Position numbers and translations under genes: made by a program. From Chara braunii (taxonomy: Eukaryota > Plantae > Charophyceae): a stretch of DNA of 55,996 bases. Shown piece after piece: positions 11,378 through 25,487 of this stretch (position 1 is the first letter of the stretch; each line of letters opens with the position of its first letter). The stretch covers positions 1,911,854-1,967,849 of the forward strand of contig BFEA01000031.1 of NCBI GenBank assembly GCA_003427395.1, in the 5' to 3' direction. The notes beneath the pieces were generated by a model. That model did not search any database. It was not told where the DNA came from and worked only from the letters and a program-made list of their open reading frames with translations.

Positions 11378-13455
11378 CTTGGGTTGAGCCGGTCAAACGC
11401 ATGCATAACCCTTTTCTCCCACCTTCCCCTAATTCGTTCCGTCTGAATTCACTCAAGGGTTATCTGTTCTCTCATATATAATTGTTCATTAAACCTTTCA
11501 CAGTGCATGTCCTGTCAAACATAATAATCAGAAAAAGTAGTAGCCTCTCACATATACGTTCTGATACCCAAGGGGATAGCAGATAGGGGAAGGGATCACA
11601 CGCGTCAAACAAGAGTTATACCTGCAATTCTCTGCCTCCAGAACCCTGCCTGGGTTCCTGCAGAGCTCCCGCAATCGGTGGGGCAAACCCCCCACAGAGG
11701 CCTTGGCGCGGATTACAGGTTTCAATCCCGCTTGCCGCCTTCCTCTCGACATCAAAAGACTAGACTGAGAGTAAGAATGGCAGAAGAAGAAAGTTCAGAC
11801 TCTCAAGATACGGGAGAGGTTCACTCAGATTTGCGGGAGAGGGCCTTGTAGTCTTCAACTCCTGAGGGCCCCTCAATGATGGCCAATAAACGCAGTGAAG
11901 ACTATTAAACAACAACCGAAACGTAGAGTAACAGTCCTCCAACAAAACTCCAACTCGCAGTAGCGACCCCGTCGTGAAGAGGAAATGGTGCACAGTGGTG
12001 ACGCGCAAATGAGGAGCAGTGATCCGGGCAGCAGCAACGCCCAACTCAGTTTTCGTTTCTAATAAAAGCACTGCGTCCCACGTACAAGAAGCTCAGAGGC
12101 GCAATCTTACCGGTCTGCCCAAATGTGCACTCCGCATGCCCCCAATGACCGAAGTCCAACAACAATAAACCTTGGTAACCGATCTACGGCAGCAGCTCAG
12201 GTCGTCATTGCCACTCCTGAAAGCACGAGTAGCTGTTGCAGCAACCGTCCTAATGGCATTTGGTAGCTGCAGCGGTAATACTGTGGCATCAGCTACCCTT
12301 GCTGCAGCAACTTACACTGACTGTTGTGGCTCAAGTAACGAACTTTAGCAATGGCGGCCCACCGTGGTGAACAGTGCCCTGCAATCAATGCTATCGAAGA
12401 AAGCAGATGCTGTATGGACGGCGCAAAAAGTACCGAAATAACAACAAGTGCTACGTTGATTACACAGCCGTACCACTGACCCTGACAACAGTAATCCGGT
12501 ATGATGCGACAGACACCGCTACACTCAGTCAGCCACACTGGTTGTCCCGCCGCTACAACGGTACCACCGACCTGGTCACAGGCAACAACTTAACTTAGGA
12601 TGACTGCAGACTGTCGGAATCATAGTCGTTGTGAGCCTAAACTTGAGATGTCGGCAGCAACAACTCCTAGTGGTTCGGGCATAAGTACTTCAGCATCGAA
12701 CGAAGATCTGCATCAAGCTCCAAGCTACTGCTGCAACTCTTACTTGCAGCCACAACTCCTCAGACGTATAATCATCACCCCAGGGACAAACGACAATTCG
12801 ACAGGCTGGACGGCAGCAACACCCCAAATATAAGCAGACCGTATCTTCTTAACGTAGCCACAGTCTGACCGTGCCGCTGGCCCCTCCCCTCTTAATCACG
12901 AAACGTAGTAAACGAAAGTGAGTCTTTCGTTCAAAAACTGAGGAAGACGCACCGACATACCATCCCGACCTTTATCATTGTCTTGGCTCCCGTGCGTTCG
13001 AGCACGACAGGTGAGGTAAGTATTTGTCAGCCCTCGCTCTCACCACACTTCTCCCTTTCGTTCGTGCTCCTTCCTCCTACTTTCTCTTTCTTATAGTCTC
13101 ACCCTCGTTCTCTCTCATGATACCAGGCAACATACTCTAATGACAACCACGATTGTATGAGTAATGACGCATGTTATCGCGATAGCAGCAACGAACAACG
13201 TTTGAACTCAAAGAGGTGATCACAAAAACGGACATCACGGTGAGGCACGCCGGATCAAGACAGCGGTTGTGGTTAAGAGCGGAGGGGCGTTGCAACAGAC
13301 CTCGCCCCTGTACTCTACAAATATGCAAAATGAGAATGAATCTTCCGTTAGAAATGCGGCCAGATGCAGCATCCACTATCCCACCGAGTGAGTCCACAGT
13401 TTGCCACCGTAGCTCGACGCTCCGTTCTTCTGCAATCACCAAATAGTGGCGAGTG

Positions 13456-13456
<1 letters not shown>

Positions 13457-13530
<74 letters not shown>

Positions 13531-13550
13531 TTCTCTCTCTCTCTCTCTCT
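13457..13550. repeat. (CT)n microsatellite
   Basis: Read directly from the sequence. Confidence 0.98.
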
Positions 13551-14134
13551 GGTTCCTGCACGCACTTACGGTTGAATCCGACTGGTAGTTGCAACCATCA
13601 GGCACGACGAGCATCTGCACTCAAACCGGGATCGCGAGCATGATCACTTGTGGCGAATGCAATCAAAGAGCAACATCGTGAATGAAGACGACGGTGATGG
13701 CCCGATGAAGATGACTGCGGCGAACTGGACGTAGGCGAGTACCACGATAACATGGGGGCGAGGATCATGGCGCGGCGATGGAAACCACAACCACGACCAC
13801 CACCATGAATGAGAATGATAGACGTCAAAACAAACTGTGCGGCCAGGTAAGTATCATTTTCCTTCTCTCCTTCGGCTCGACCCCCGCCTTGCCCCTGCTC
13901 ATGTAAAGCTACCAATGAACCTGGCCGAGACCTTGGCCGCATGCATGCACACTGATGATGAAGAAATAGCATCGCCCGTCACAGGTGCTTCAATGGCGAT
14001 GAGGCAAGGGGTGGATTTCCCGCTAGAACACAGCTAGACACTTCGCCCGCTGGTCACCAAGCCTACAAAATGAGAATGAATCTTCCGCTAGAAATGCGGC
14101 CAGATTCATTACTATACTCAACCTCTGATAGCAA

Positions 14135-14699
14135 TGGCGCAGCCCCTGTTGCTCAGATCCTTCTCTCCTATCTCTCTCTATACTAAACCTACACCAAAAC
14201 TAATCTCGGATTTGAATTCGCCCTACCTCATAACCCTGAAAACGTCCTTTACCTCGCCCTATTCCATCAACGAATGAGCGAACTACACCGTCTTCTATCC
14301 TCTTCTTCCCTCTTCCCCGTCGCATCCGTCTTCTTCTTCCTTTTCTTCCGCCTCGTCTGTTGCTAACGCACGCGTTCCCACTTAACGCTGCTTGCCACTA
14401 TGCAATCCCTCAACAGCTTGTCTTCGAAACAGCAGCGTCCTCGTGCCTTGCTGTCGGGCTCACTTCATATAGTACTCCTTGCAGCCTCCCGGCATAAGTC
14501 AGCGTGGGATGAATCTGATCAAACACGGCGCCAGGTTCATCCCTCTAGGCAAAGAGGCATAAAAGCCAGAACCATCTTCAAAGCGACGACAGAAAAAAAA
14601 GAAAAAAAAAAAAATTATATATATATCGTCACAAACAGAACTGCCCGGTAAACCGTAGGCAGAGAGAGAGAAGAGGACAACAAACGAGGGGCTGTGACA
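14135..14699 (-). mobile_element. Probable retrotransposon 5' LTR with adjacent tRNA-iMet-like PBS
   Basis: TG...CA ends with short inverted termini TGGCGCAGCCCC / GGGGCTGTGACA. On the minus strand it is followed by TGCTATCAGAG (14133-14123), one mismatch from the PBS TGGTATCAGAG. A related terminus GGGGCTGCGACA occurs at ~43964-43975. Confidence 0.45.
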
Positions 14700-15111
14700 A
14701 ACTGTTTCGTCGGAGTTTCACCGACTCATCAGGATGACTTCACCCTTGCACTTCCCTACTTGTATTTTACCGTATTCACGTATTGATACGAACGTGAATG
14801 CTCCTGCCTGCAGTGGTGAATGCTCTGACTGAGCCAAGCCATTTGGTTTTACTACAGGCCTCGGAACTGTTGCCAGACTTACAGCAGAAGTTGCTTCGCA
14901 AGACTACAACTCAGGGAGCAACAAGCCCCCGGATTTTCAGTCACCCACACATAGCCCAAATGCCCGTGACCGCCCCCCCAGCTGGGGTATTGCTCCATCC
15001 TTAACAGATGTCCCGGAGGACTCAGACAGGGCGGCGGCCCTGAAATATCATCCCTGGCAGACCGGTCCTTTTAATAACCCAGAGTTCATAGTATCATACT
15101 CACCCACTCTC

Positions 15112-15175
15112 AACGGAGCTCGAACTCAGGCCTGCATTTCAACAGTTCATGGGTGTACCCACTGAGCTAGGCTCT
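15112..15175 (-). mobile_element. tRNA-derived SINE-like head
   Basis: The minus strand has an A-box-like TAGCTCAGTGGG and a B-box-like GAGTTCGAGCTC at tRNA spacing. The cloverleaf is imperfect. Confidence 0.45.
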
Positions 15176-16269
15176 TGGGTTGCACGGTTGGCCCATGTAC
15201 CGGCGTCGAACCAAGCCCAACAAAAAAATAAAATTAATAATACCTAAAAAAGAAATAGTAATAATCATTAAAAAATTAAAATAAAAATGGGAACGAAGCG
15301 AGGGGAAAAGGAGGACTTGTCGAACCCTGCCCTTGGTCCTGCTCGCCGGTCCCGTAGGTGAACTTCCCAGCAAAACCAAGAGGGATAGCCCCGCAGGACC
15401 CTCAACCCCTCAGCTCTCCTGCGCTCCTTTGTTGCTGGTGGCTGGTCTCGATCCCCGGATCTGCTGGCTGAAAGTCTAGTGCTGTAACCAATAGGGCTAA
15501 GCCCAAGCCTATAACTCTCTTATGAAGAGTAACTACAACCTACTTGGGCCTGCAAAGTGTGCGCCAAGGCCACTGTTTGGCTTATTGTCTGAGCCCGTGG
15601 CCCCACACGCCCGTGTTTGCCACCCAAGGGTTGTGTTTACTAGACTCATCCTGTATGTAGCCCCGCCGTGCTGCAGCCAAAGGCCGAGGCTTTCCTGCTC
15701 CACCATATTCGTCGAAAGGGTGTCCTTTTACTATCTCTGAGTCATAAAGACCCTGGCTTTCACTCACACCGTACCCAGCCCGTGCCATCCTAGCCAAAGT
15801 TTGTCACGGCTCCTACTGCCGACAACACATGGTCAAACCTAGTATNNNCGTGGCCNGCANGGCGCGGCCCCCAAACGCCACCNNCCNTGAGTCAAACGGA
15901 GCCCTCCTNCAGCCGTACTCTCAATTGTAGAATTGTCTATGGATTGAAATTTCGTCAGCGCGTGCGAGGCTGGGCCCTAACCTACTNCTAGCTCGTACTA
16001 CCAAGCGGGGTTATTGGTTTATACTGAGTAACTGTCTAGCTAGCCTAACGCGTGCCCTCAAGGTGCACGCCCACACACTCTCTGATTCAATCACAAAATG
16101 CGAGTGCCACTCTCACCTTCTGGGAGTTGGTTGTGGTCACCCAAAAATGGGACATTTTCTCGAATGTTGTTGATGACACATCTTCTGTGAGATGCAAAAA
16201 TGTGCCCAAATACCTTTGTAAGGGTGTTCGGGCCGACAACGCAGAGGGAATGGTATGGTACAGACTAGT

Positions 16270-16442
16270 ATAAAAGCATAAAACACGATAAAGTTTTTCC
16301 TCAATCTGAGTGGTGTATGAGCAGAAGGATTGGGTTTCCTCGACAGTATGCGTCGAGGGAGTGCTGGGAGGAAGTTGATTACACCATGAAAGTTAAGCTC
16401 ATGTCAGCTTCTTCTTCATTATTGGTCTTGTGATTGTCTTCA
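16270..16442 (-). repeat. Inverted copy of 6127-6299
   Basis: Reverse-complement match. Confidence 0.9.
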
Positions 16443-18330
16443 AGGGCTTAGAGGTATAGAAAACAGTTTTGAAGGGATGCACGACAAAAACCTGCAGAAA
16501 CGGATAATGAGAGGAATGCATGGGGATTTGTGGTAGGTGAGGTTATGATAAAAAAACAACCAATAGCGATCTTGATATAATATGGGGCAAAAAATAAATA
16601 AGTTGTTTGAAAAAAGGAAAAGTTGTCGGACCTGTTGAAATTTTAGGATTCATTTTTTTATTTTTTTTTCAAAATTTTAAAAGGTTTTCGACACACTGAC
16701 CTATGAGGACTTATATATTATTTTGTGGTTCATTTCCTTTTGTATTTTCAATATTTTGTGGTTCATTTTTTATTTTATTTTAATATTCGTTTGAACTTTG
16801 ATGATATTAGTGTTAAGTGCGTTTGGGTACTTTGTTAATATTTTATGGTTCGAGTCAAATTCGACACACTGACATGCAAAAGATTATGCCTTATCATGCA
16901 AACTAATTATATTTTGCGTTTTTTTGCTTCGTATCTGATTGTTATTAAAACAAGGTGTTTTTTCATTACGTATAACCAAAAATTAATTACATTCACACAA
17001 ATCGTTACACTCGTACCTAAGGTCCAGATAGGTCTTGAGGAACAATTTGTGTTCGGGTTCAGGACTGAGCGAAACCAATGAGGTAACAAACAAGGGTTTG
17101 TGTTATATTAATAGATGCATAATTTATAATATACTCCAAGTTAGATAATCAACCCCCTAAGGAGGAACAGGAACTGACAATGTCTGAGAGTGGGCAAAAC
17201 ATGTCCGCGAAGAGTTAGTTAGGAGACGCAATGCATTTTTCTAAGGATGCTCGACGAAACATTATCGTTAACCTAGAGTTCGGGGAGGTGAAACACAATG
17301 CTAGGAAAACCAGAAAGACGAAAAAAAATTTATTTCTCGTACCGTTTCGACTCTTTGAAAGCGCTTTCAATATTCATACCTTTGAATATTTGTATATGTG
17401 CTATGATGTTGTATGCTTCTGCATGTGAATGCTGTTTCATTGAAACCTTTCATTAATCAATCATTGTTAATTTCAAATTTTAAAGTTGTTTATAAAATGT
17501 AAACCATTATTTCTCATTCAAATTATTATCAACTATAACCAATTAATATTGGAACCATAAACTATAATCTCTACATCAATAGCCCAAACCAACTTTAAAT
17601 GTTCATTTTTTCTAGTCACTTAATTGTGTGTAGAGATTCATAATTCAATACTCATTGTGTGATATTAGGAATCAAGTGAACTTTAATGAATTAATATTTG
17701 AGATCATATCACATTGAACGATATGTGCGTAAATCGAATTACGACTTATTTGCTAGTTATTAAGCATACTCCCCATGCAATTGTTAGTCCTCACACAAAA
17801 TTGCACTCTACACTTTATTATAAGGAGATTGCCACGCCCGACCTAACACCTAGGCTTGACGCCTTGGGTCCCAGGGCTTTAAAAAAAAAAAAAAAAAAAA
17901 AAAGTTTTCGCTTTCTCAGAGGACAAAAAATCTGGAAGTTTTTCTTTGTTGGAGAGTTGGTTGCCTGAGGTACCATGGCTTGCAAAAAAAAAAAAAAAAA
18001 ATCGATTTTCAACGCTTTTGACATGGATCTTTTCTTTTATGGGAGAGTTAGTTGTAAAGGGGAAGGAAGGGGGTTAGAATTTGGTTTGAAAAGGGCTATA
18101 CGAGTTTAAAAGGCGGTGCCTTAGTGCGAGTACATTTACCCCCCCCCCCAATGCTATAAGGATTTTTTAGTGATCCTCAACCAAAAGTCGTTTGTATTGC
18201 AATTCTATTTTTTTTTTTTTTCTGCAATGAGGCTGCTCGAAATCCTGCCTGGGGGTCATGCCTGGCTAGGCACGCAGGCGTGTATCCGGGCAAAATTTTG
18301 GTTCCCGAACCCAGGAAAAAAAGTCTGGGC

Positions 18331-19077
18331 CAGGGTTGTCGACGTTCGGGACGGGCCGAACGCCCGAACGTTGGGGGCCCCCTCTCGACACGTTCGGCCG
18401 TTCGACAGAATGCGAACCCCAAAAAAAAAAAAAAAAAAAAAAAATCCAAAAACTCTAGAAAAGATATATGTTATGTATAAGAATAAACTAAACAACATTT
18501 ACCTCAATGTTACATTCAAATTCTTTACCAAACTTGAAATAAAAATCAACTACTAAAAATAAATAATAATGATAAAAATTAGTGGAAAACAAACGAGAAT
18601 GAAATTATTGAGTGGGCGAGCACGTTTTTGACACCACCATCTTTGGCGATTTTTCGGTTTTTTTTTGGCTATAACAAATGCCATGAAATTTTATATATCT
18701 GTAGCTTACATAATAGAAAATTTACAAATAAAATTAAAAAAATATATTTTTTTTCATGCCCCGAAATAAAGGAAAAATAAAAAATCAGAAGTGAGAAAAA
18801 ACAAATCAACGAGTGCGCAAGCAAGTTTTGACACCAACATCTTTGCCGATTTTTCATATTTTTGGGCTGAACATAATGACTTCAAAATTAACAGGGAGAT
18901 ACCTTACATCACAAAAAAATCACACAAAAAATTTCAGAAAAAACTAATAATATTTAGGTGCCAAAATATTTTTTTGCGGGGTTTGAACCCTTTCAGGTTC
19001 GGGCCCGTTACGGGACGGACACCCGAACGTTCGGGGTTCAGCTTAGGGGCCTCCGTACGTTCGGCCAGGCAACCCTG
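18331..19077. mobile_element. Non-autonomous hAT DNA transposon
   Basis: TIR CAGGGTTG...CAACCCTG. Perfect 8 bp TSD GTCTGGGC at 18323-18330 and 19078-19085. Subterminal CCGAAC/GTTCGG repeats at both ends. Confidence 0.9.
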
Positions 19078-21101
19078 GTCTGGGCTTTATTTGAATTAAT
19101 AAGAGTATTTGAAAGTTGAGCCCCATGTTGGGAATAGTATCGAACTCAATTTTACATAATTAATAATCAATCAATAAAATCAAGAATAATATGCAACGAG
19201 TAAGTTGCAACTTCTACAACAACAACAAAAAAACCGCCCTCATATAGCATATAAAAGTCAAACCACATTTTACCAAGTGGTGAAACACAACTCAAACCAC
19301 AAGGAACACAATCAACCTTCCAATCTCTTTGGATATTATTGACCTATGGTTTAAATAATTTGTTTGAATGAGTCAACACAAGGTTCAACATATTATGTCC
19401 TTTGAGCTTGGACTATGGTAGATGACCAACAGGGTTGAAACTACAAAGGGAAGGCTTCAAGTGGCTAACTGCTGTCCGTTATACTATTTTAACGACTTCA
19501 AACCATCCTTGCCTTATCCAGTACAATTTTGAAATATGAAGGAAGTGTTAGTTTAAGATCCAATGGTGTCAAGGGTGTACGAGATTGAGTATGGCCTAGG
19601 GATTGGGCCCTACCTCTTTTTCCCCTAAACACATGCGCATCCGTTTTAGGTGCATACAAATATGCATGTTGTGAAAATTTCCCCTAAACACAATGCCCAT
19701 CTGTCGTAGGTGCATACAAATATGCATGTTGTGAAAGAACAAGTACATTCGCGCCTCTTTTTGCCATGGCGTATTAACACCATATTCGTTTTTCTTTTTT
19801 TATTGGTGTCGTCATCCATTGTGGTCTGGTAGCCACGAGCCCCCAGATGTTTAGGGATTCCCTTGATATTGATTATCAATATTACCTAGGCAATGTATTG
19901 GTGGGTTTAAAATTGTGTTTTTTAAATTTTCTTCTCATTTCGCCATTCCAACTTAGGTGACCTAAGGAGGTCCTTCAACCCATTCATTATAGACATCTTT
20001 AAATAACACATTAATTGGGCTACCTATCCTCTTATGCTCCTTTTTTTTTTGGGGCAGATGCATAGAAAAGAAAAAATAGTAGGTATTCCCAATAACTTCC
20101 AGTAATTGGAATGGTAAACGACCTCTTTAAGTGACTCACTTTTCAAAGTGCGTAACATAAAATGACCCAATTTAAAAGACACACTCGTTACAAACAATCT
20201 ATCTTGTTCATCACAATAGCAATGTTACAAGCAATCAGTCTAGTTCATCACAATCACAATGAAGGCACCTCGTGGGACAATATGTATCCATGTCGTGACC
20301 CTAGTGGAACCTTAAGGGACTACTGCAACCATGTTCATGTACAGTTGTTCGAGTGGCAGCCTAACCACTAGTACCTCTGCTTACGTTGGGAAATCAGAGA
20401 AAACTGCCCGTTCCACCAGGCTCAGCATCTCTGCCAGTGTTGAGAAGTTAGGGGAAACTGCCCGTTCCCGAATAATTCAGACGTCCCACCAGGCTCAGCA
20501 AGTCCCATAAAGTTCAGTTTTATATTGCCCGCACATGAAAGGAAAAGCAATAAAAAAAACTACTTTCTCTACTACGATGATGTTAGGCAGGCTAGTCTAG
20601 GAAACCGTGCTCACAGTAGTCCTCCACATAATGAATCTTTCTACTCAAACGATCAGATTTTGAATGTTCTCTCCCCCCCCCCCCCCCCCATTTCTCTTCT
20701 CATTCTTATAGGTCTCCTGCCAACGAGGCAGGACGAGATCCGTAATGTGGTCAGACTGTGTTTCCTCACATGACTGTAACCCTGATCACACTGGCACTTA
20801 GACGAACGTATGCAGACATTTTCAGGGCCGAATCCGTACTTTCATTCCCCCCCCCCTTCTTTGTCGTTCTGGAATCTGACAACCTGGCCACGGGGCTGAA
20901 ACGTCCTCACTGAGGGCACACTCATAGTACTCCTTCCAAGAATGTATACAACTACATTTCACGACCCAAGCTTTGTTTCCTATTCCCCCCCTCCCTTTTT
21001 TTTTTTCAGTTTCACGGCCACAACTTTGTTTCTTTTCCCTGTTCTTTCTGGGAGAGCAGCAAAGAAGAACTCGAAAGACTTAAGTGTAGTGGCAGTCTTA
21101 A

Positions 21102-21812
21102 ACCACTACTACCCCCGCCGTCCTCAATTAGTGAGACCGGTAACCAAGATCCATGACGGTTACCGGTAGCACAATGGGGGGAACTTGCGGAGTGGCAAAA
21201 TTGGAAAATGCATCGAATTGCCCCCACGATTTATTTCGCGGTCGAAATATTTTTTGTAAAATTTTAAATATTGTTTTCTAAAAGATCACGACGACATCTG
21301 CAGAGCCTCCAATTTTCAAACTTTTTGGAGTATTGTACTGGACGTGAAAAATTGCTTAAGTGGGTACTTTTCCCGTTGGCCAACAGGCGATAGAGCAGCA
21401 GAAACGGAATATGAGACGAATTGACGCGGCATTTACTTCACAGTCTTCAATATATATTTTTTTAATTTACATATTGGACCAAACCTAGAAGCCCATCAAT
21501 TTGCAGAATTGTCGAGTCATCCTTCTGAGCGCAAAAAAAAAAAAAAAAGTGACGAAACGACACAAAGTTTATTTCATGTTTTTTTTTTTTTTGTTGATAT
21601 TTTCCTAGGAAGATCACAATCTAATCTACATATTCTCAAATTTTCAGATTTGTTCTTCAATTCTTCTGAGCGCGAATAATCACCAAAGTCGACAACTGAA
21701 AATGCTTGGACCGGACCCACCTGCGCCTGCCGGTGCTCCTCCCCCCCCCCCTTAAGAACTCGGTCCGTAAGGCCAGGAAAGCCGAATTTAGGCCGGCGGG
21801 GTTAGTGCTGGT
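21102..21812. mobile_element. TTAA-flanked non-autonomous DNA transposon (piggyBac/Kolobok-like target)
   Basis: TTAA|ACCACTACTACCCCCGCCG ... CGGCGGGGTTAGTGCTGGT|TTAA, with imperfect ~22 bp TIRs. Confidence 0.75.
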
Positions 21813-22846
21813 TTAAGGAATTCATACAACTATGTTTACGTACAGTTGATAGGAACAAGGAAGAGAGAGATCCAAGTGGCAGCCTTGGGATAATACAACC
21901 ATGTCGAGGTGTAGCAATTCGACAAAGGAGGTCTATTATGTTTAGGATCCGAACCCTCTCCATGGTTCATTGCATCCGAATCATTGCATGCGGTTCACTG
22001 CATGAGGGTGCTCTCCAGTCTTGCAGATAACTATAATCCATCTCAGTGACGTCACACAACTCGATTGCACCCTGAAGAATCAGCATCCAACAACATTCTT
22101 CATGCATTTGCCACTGCCTGCTTTAGTCTTGCTCACCCTTCCCCCCCCCCCCCCTATTTCCCCACATCGTGCCTTCACAACCTTGACTCCATGACGCCAA
22201 CCGGAAGAATGAACACCCAATCACATTCTCGATGCAATTGACACTGCCTGGTGTTCCCGACCATTCTACAACGTCCCTTTGCAACCTCAAATCGTCACTC
22301 CCACAACCCTTAACAGTTCAAACACTCCATAACACCCACAGTCTTAACCTGTCACATCAGGAACCCTCCACCCTTCCCTCACTGTTTTAGTTTCACAACT
22401 CTTCGCATATGTCCCACGTACTTCACACTCACTGTTGTGCCCACTCATCCTGACACTAGCTGCCACTTCCGCTGCACATCCAATAATGTGACAAGATGAC
22501 CGTGAGTAGACCTTATCCATCACTGCACCATCGAACCTGCCCTGTTCATTCCCATTCCTAGACCTACCATGTCCTTTGACACCATGATGGGACCAACTCA
22601 CCTTCCCCGTCCGGTTCCACAACTGGACTAGCAGTGTGCTGTCCTGTCCAGGATCATCCAAGACTGGCCCACCTCCTCTGTCAAGTTACATGCCCGCGCG
22701 ACATCACCTCTCCTGTCCTGTTCCATCTCATGTTCGGGCCCATTACAGGACCACCTCTCCTAAGCCTACCCAATTCCCACTGCGGGACCTCCTGCCTGTT
22801 CAGCTCCAACACCGGACGACATCACACGTTCACCACAACTCTGTCA

Positions 22847-23091
22847 CTCTGACTCAGCTTTTCCGACCGATCTCGACTTTTCCTGTCTGGCCCCTTCACT
22901 GTCCCCCTCTCACTCTGTTTTTCCCACCGATGTAGACTCTTCCTGTCCAGTCCTTTGACCAAGGCTCACACTTTGACTCTTTCTGACCGATCTTGACTAT
23001 TCCTGTTTCACCCCTTCACAGTCTCCCTGTCACTCTGTTTTCCCCACAGATCTAGACTCTTCCTGTCCAGTTCTTTTGACCAAGGCTCACA
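22847..23091. repeat. Tandem duplication of a ~120 bp pyrimidine-rich unit
   Basis: Two copies ending TAGACTCTTCCTGTCCAG...TTTGACCAAGGCTCACA. Confidence 0.85.
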
Positions 23092-23154
23092 GTATTGGAC
23101 AAGTGTTTAGCCTTGTCTGTGGCAGGTTACAGGTTCAAGTCCTGCTGTGAATCC
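23084..23154 (+). mobile_element. tRNA-like sequence (SINE head or tRNA pseudogene)
   Basis: B-box/T-arm CAGG-TTCAAGT-CCTG and acceptor-like pairing TCACA/TGTGA. D and anticodon arms are degenerate. Confidence 0.4.
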
Positions 23155-23814
23155 TTCGGAGCTTGGACAAGAAACAAAATGTGTGTCCATTGTCAGGGTC
23201 AGTCAGTGATTGCCCATCAGTGACTTGTAACCCAGTGATTGGGACCCAATCTGTTTCACGAACCGAAAAATTGTACCAACGAGAAACTTCCACACAATAA
23301 CCACCTCTTTTCTATGGGCATTTGAAGGCAGACCTTTCAGAGCGAAAACTTCAGCTGGTATCATAAATTGTACAAGCATTCACTCGTATCATAAATTGTA
23401 CAAGCATGTACCCACATTCTATTGGTTCATCAGTACATGTTCATACGTGGCTGCTGGGACTTCATCATCCCCGACGAGCACTTACATACGAATCAACACA
23501 ATCATGTGCGTTGAACAAGGATCCTTGCATCGCTCGGCAATCCAGAAGTCTATCCCAAATCCATACTGCAACTGCCGAACTCTCGCAACCTACCACCCCC
23601 CTGCCTCTCTCTCTCCCCACTGTTTTCACCGCCTTTGCTGCTTCCCTTCCACTTTGTCATGCATTTCAGCAGTTGCCCCAGTCTCATCCTGGAAAAGGTT
23701 GCTAAGCTGTAGAGGAATCAAACAGAGTGAGGAACATTTGACATTGAGAACAAACTGACAACTTAGCGCGCAAGGGAGAAGCAATGCCGAAGTCTGAACA
23801 TACCACACACAATG

Positions 23815-23863
<49 letters not shown>

Positions 23864-23969
23864 NNNNNNNNNNNNNNNNNNNNNNNNNNNNNNNNNNNNN
23901 NNNNNNNNNNNNNNNNNNNNNCACACACACACACAATGCCGAAGTCTGAACATACCACACACAATGTCT

Positions 23970-24032
<63 letters not shown>

Positions 24033-24520
24033 GCCGCACACACAGACATTTAAGTGCAGTACCTAGCATTCCTGATTAACTTTCAGAAGGCAGAGAAGCC
24101 CACTCATGGACATTTGCCAGCACAATTGAATAAGAGCGATTGAAGAAGTGAAGTCTACACCCACAGGTGCACAGATTATGAAGTGGCTAAAAATATATTG
24201 AAGCATTCTGACTAGGCATAGGCTTGATGCACGACTACGGATGGGCGGCTAAGTACTATACTGAGTATACTATCACTTGAAGAGGAAATTAATGAGATGG
24301 AAAAGTTCGAAAACAATGGTATTTTTCATGGGGAAACCAATCGACGGAAGAACAGTATTAGTATCCATTGAGGCGAAGACCCAAGTTTGCTTTCAATAGG
24401 AAGCCCCTACATTTTACTTGGTCACTACTGAGGAAAGAAGACATTAAACTGCTCGATGCCATTCCATCAGAGGATGCACTACGCTGCAAATGATTCCTTC
24501 CGTGTATGACACAACCCATC

Positions 24521-24596
<76 letters not shown>

Positions 24597-25096
24597 CAGC
24601 TCAACTCTAACAAGGTCTGATAAACAACAAGCCTCTGTGACACATAGTCACCAGCATACTCAACCTGTCGAGGAAAGGCCCTGAAGTGGTGGGACTTTTC
24701 ACACCCCTCAAAGTGCTCAGCAGAGGACAATTTTCACTACCACTTTGACCACTCAGCCCTGCAGTGGTGGGGCTTTTCGCACCCCTCAAAGTGCTCAGCA
24801 GAGGACAATTTTCACTACCACTTGGACCACTCAGCTTCCTCAACGCTGCCGAGATCATGTCTTCAATCTTCTCAAAATCAAAAGCAGCAACAGCACTGTA
24901 CAGTCCCCAGATGGCCTCAGGTCTTCGACTTCCAATCCACATCCACAGTATGATCTTTGAGGTTCGCACCTTCGTGATCGTTGGCCCATTCCTCTGAGGC
25001 AGCAAAGTTTCCACACTGAGTTGTCGAGCGAGAGGAACGGAACGACAACTGTTGTCATGGGGCCATACACCAACTCTGTCAAAACTGCGTGCAGAT

Positions 25097-25187
25097 GTCC
25101 CATCCGCCAGGAGATCCCATTAAAATTGGAACGATACAGACAAGATTAGCCTGCCCCCTGCAGAACGATGACGCACAGATTGGGAAA
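25097..25187 (+). pseudogene. U6: U6 snRNA pseudogene (diverged, near full length)
   Basis: GTCCC...TAAAATTGGAACGATACAGACAAGATTAGCCTGCCCCCTGC...GATGAC. The ACAGAGA box is mutated to ACAGACA. Confidence 0.85.
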
Positions 25188-25487
25188 CAATCAGAAAAGA
25201 ATAAAGAAGAATGCAGGTGTACAAATCGCTTACTTGTGTGACAAAAGTTTGAAAGAATCGAAACAAAGGTACGTCAGGCCATAAAGCACAGCAGGATCAG
25301 GCTACTACAGAGCCCATGTGGCCGAATGGCAGCCGCATGTAAGTGTCAGTAGAGAGAAGATGAATTTGACTAAAGAGAAGATGGAATCAAAGTTATCAAA
25401 CTAGCACAATAAAATTATGAGCTACCCTCCCTTTGGGGGAAAAAAGGATGATCAGGCTACAGAAAACTAAGGAGTCTCATGTCCTTG

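Noticed and set aside
13137-13643. ORFs with RE/SL dipeptide runs (also near 24490, 39300 and 47000)
   Set aside because: Translations of CT/GA microsatellites.
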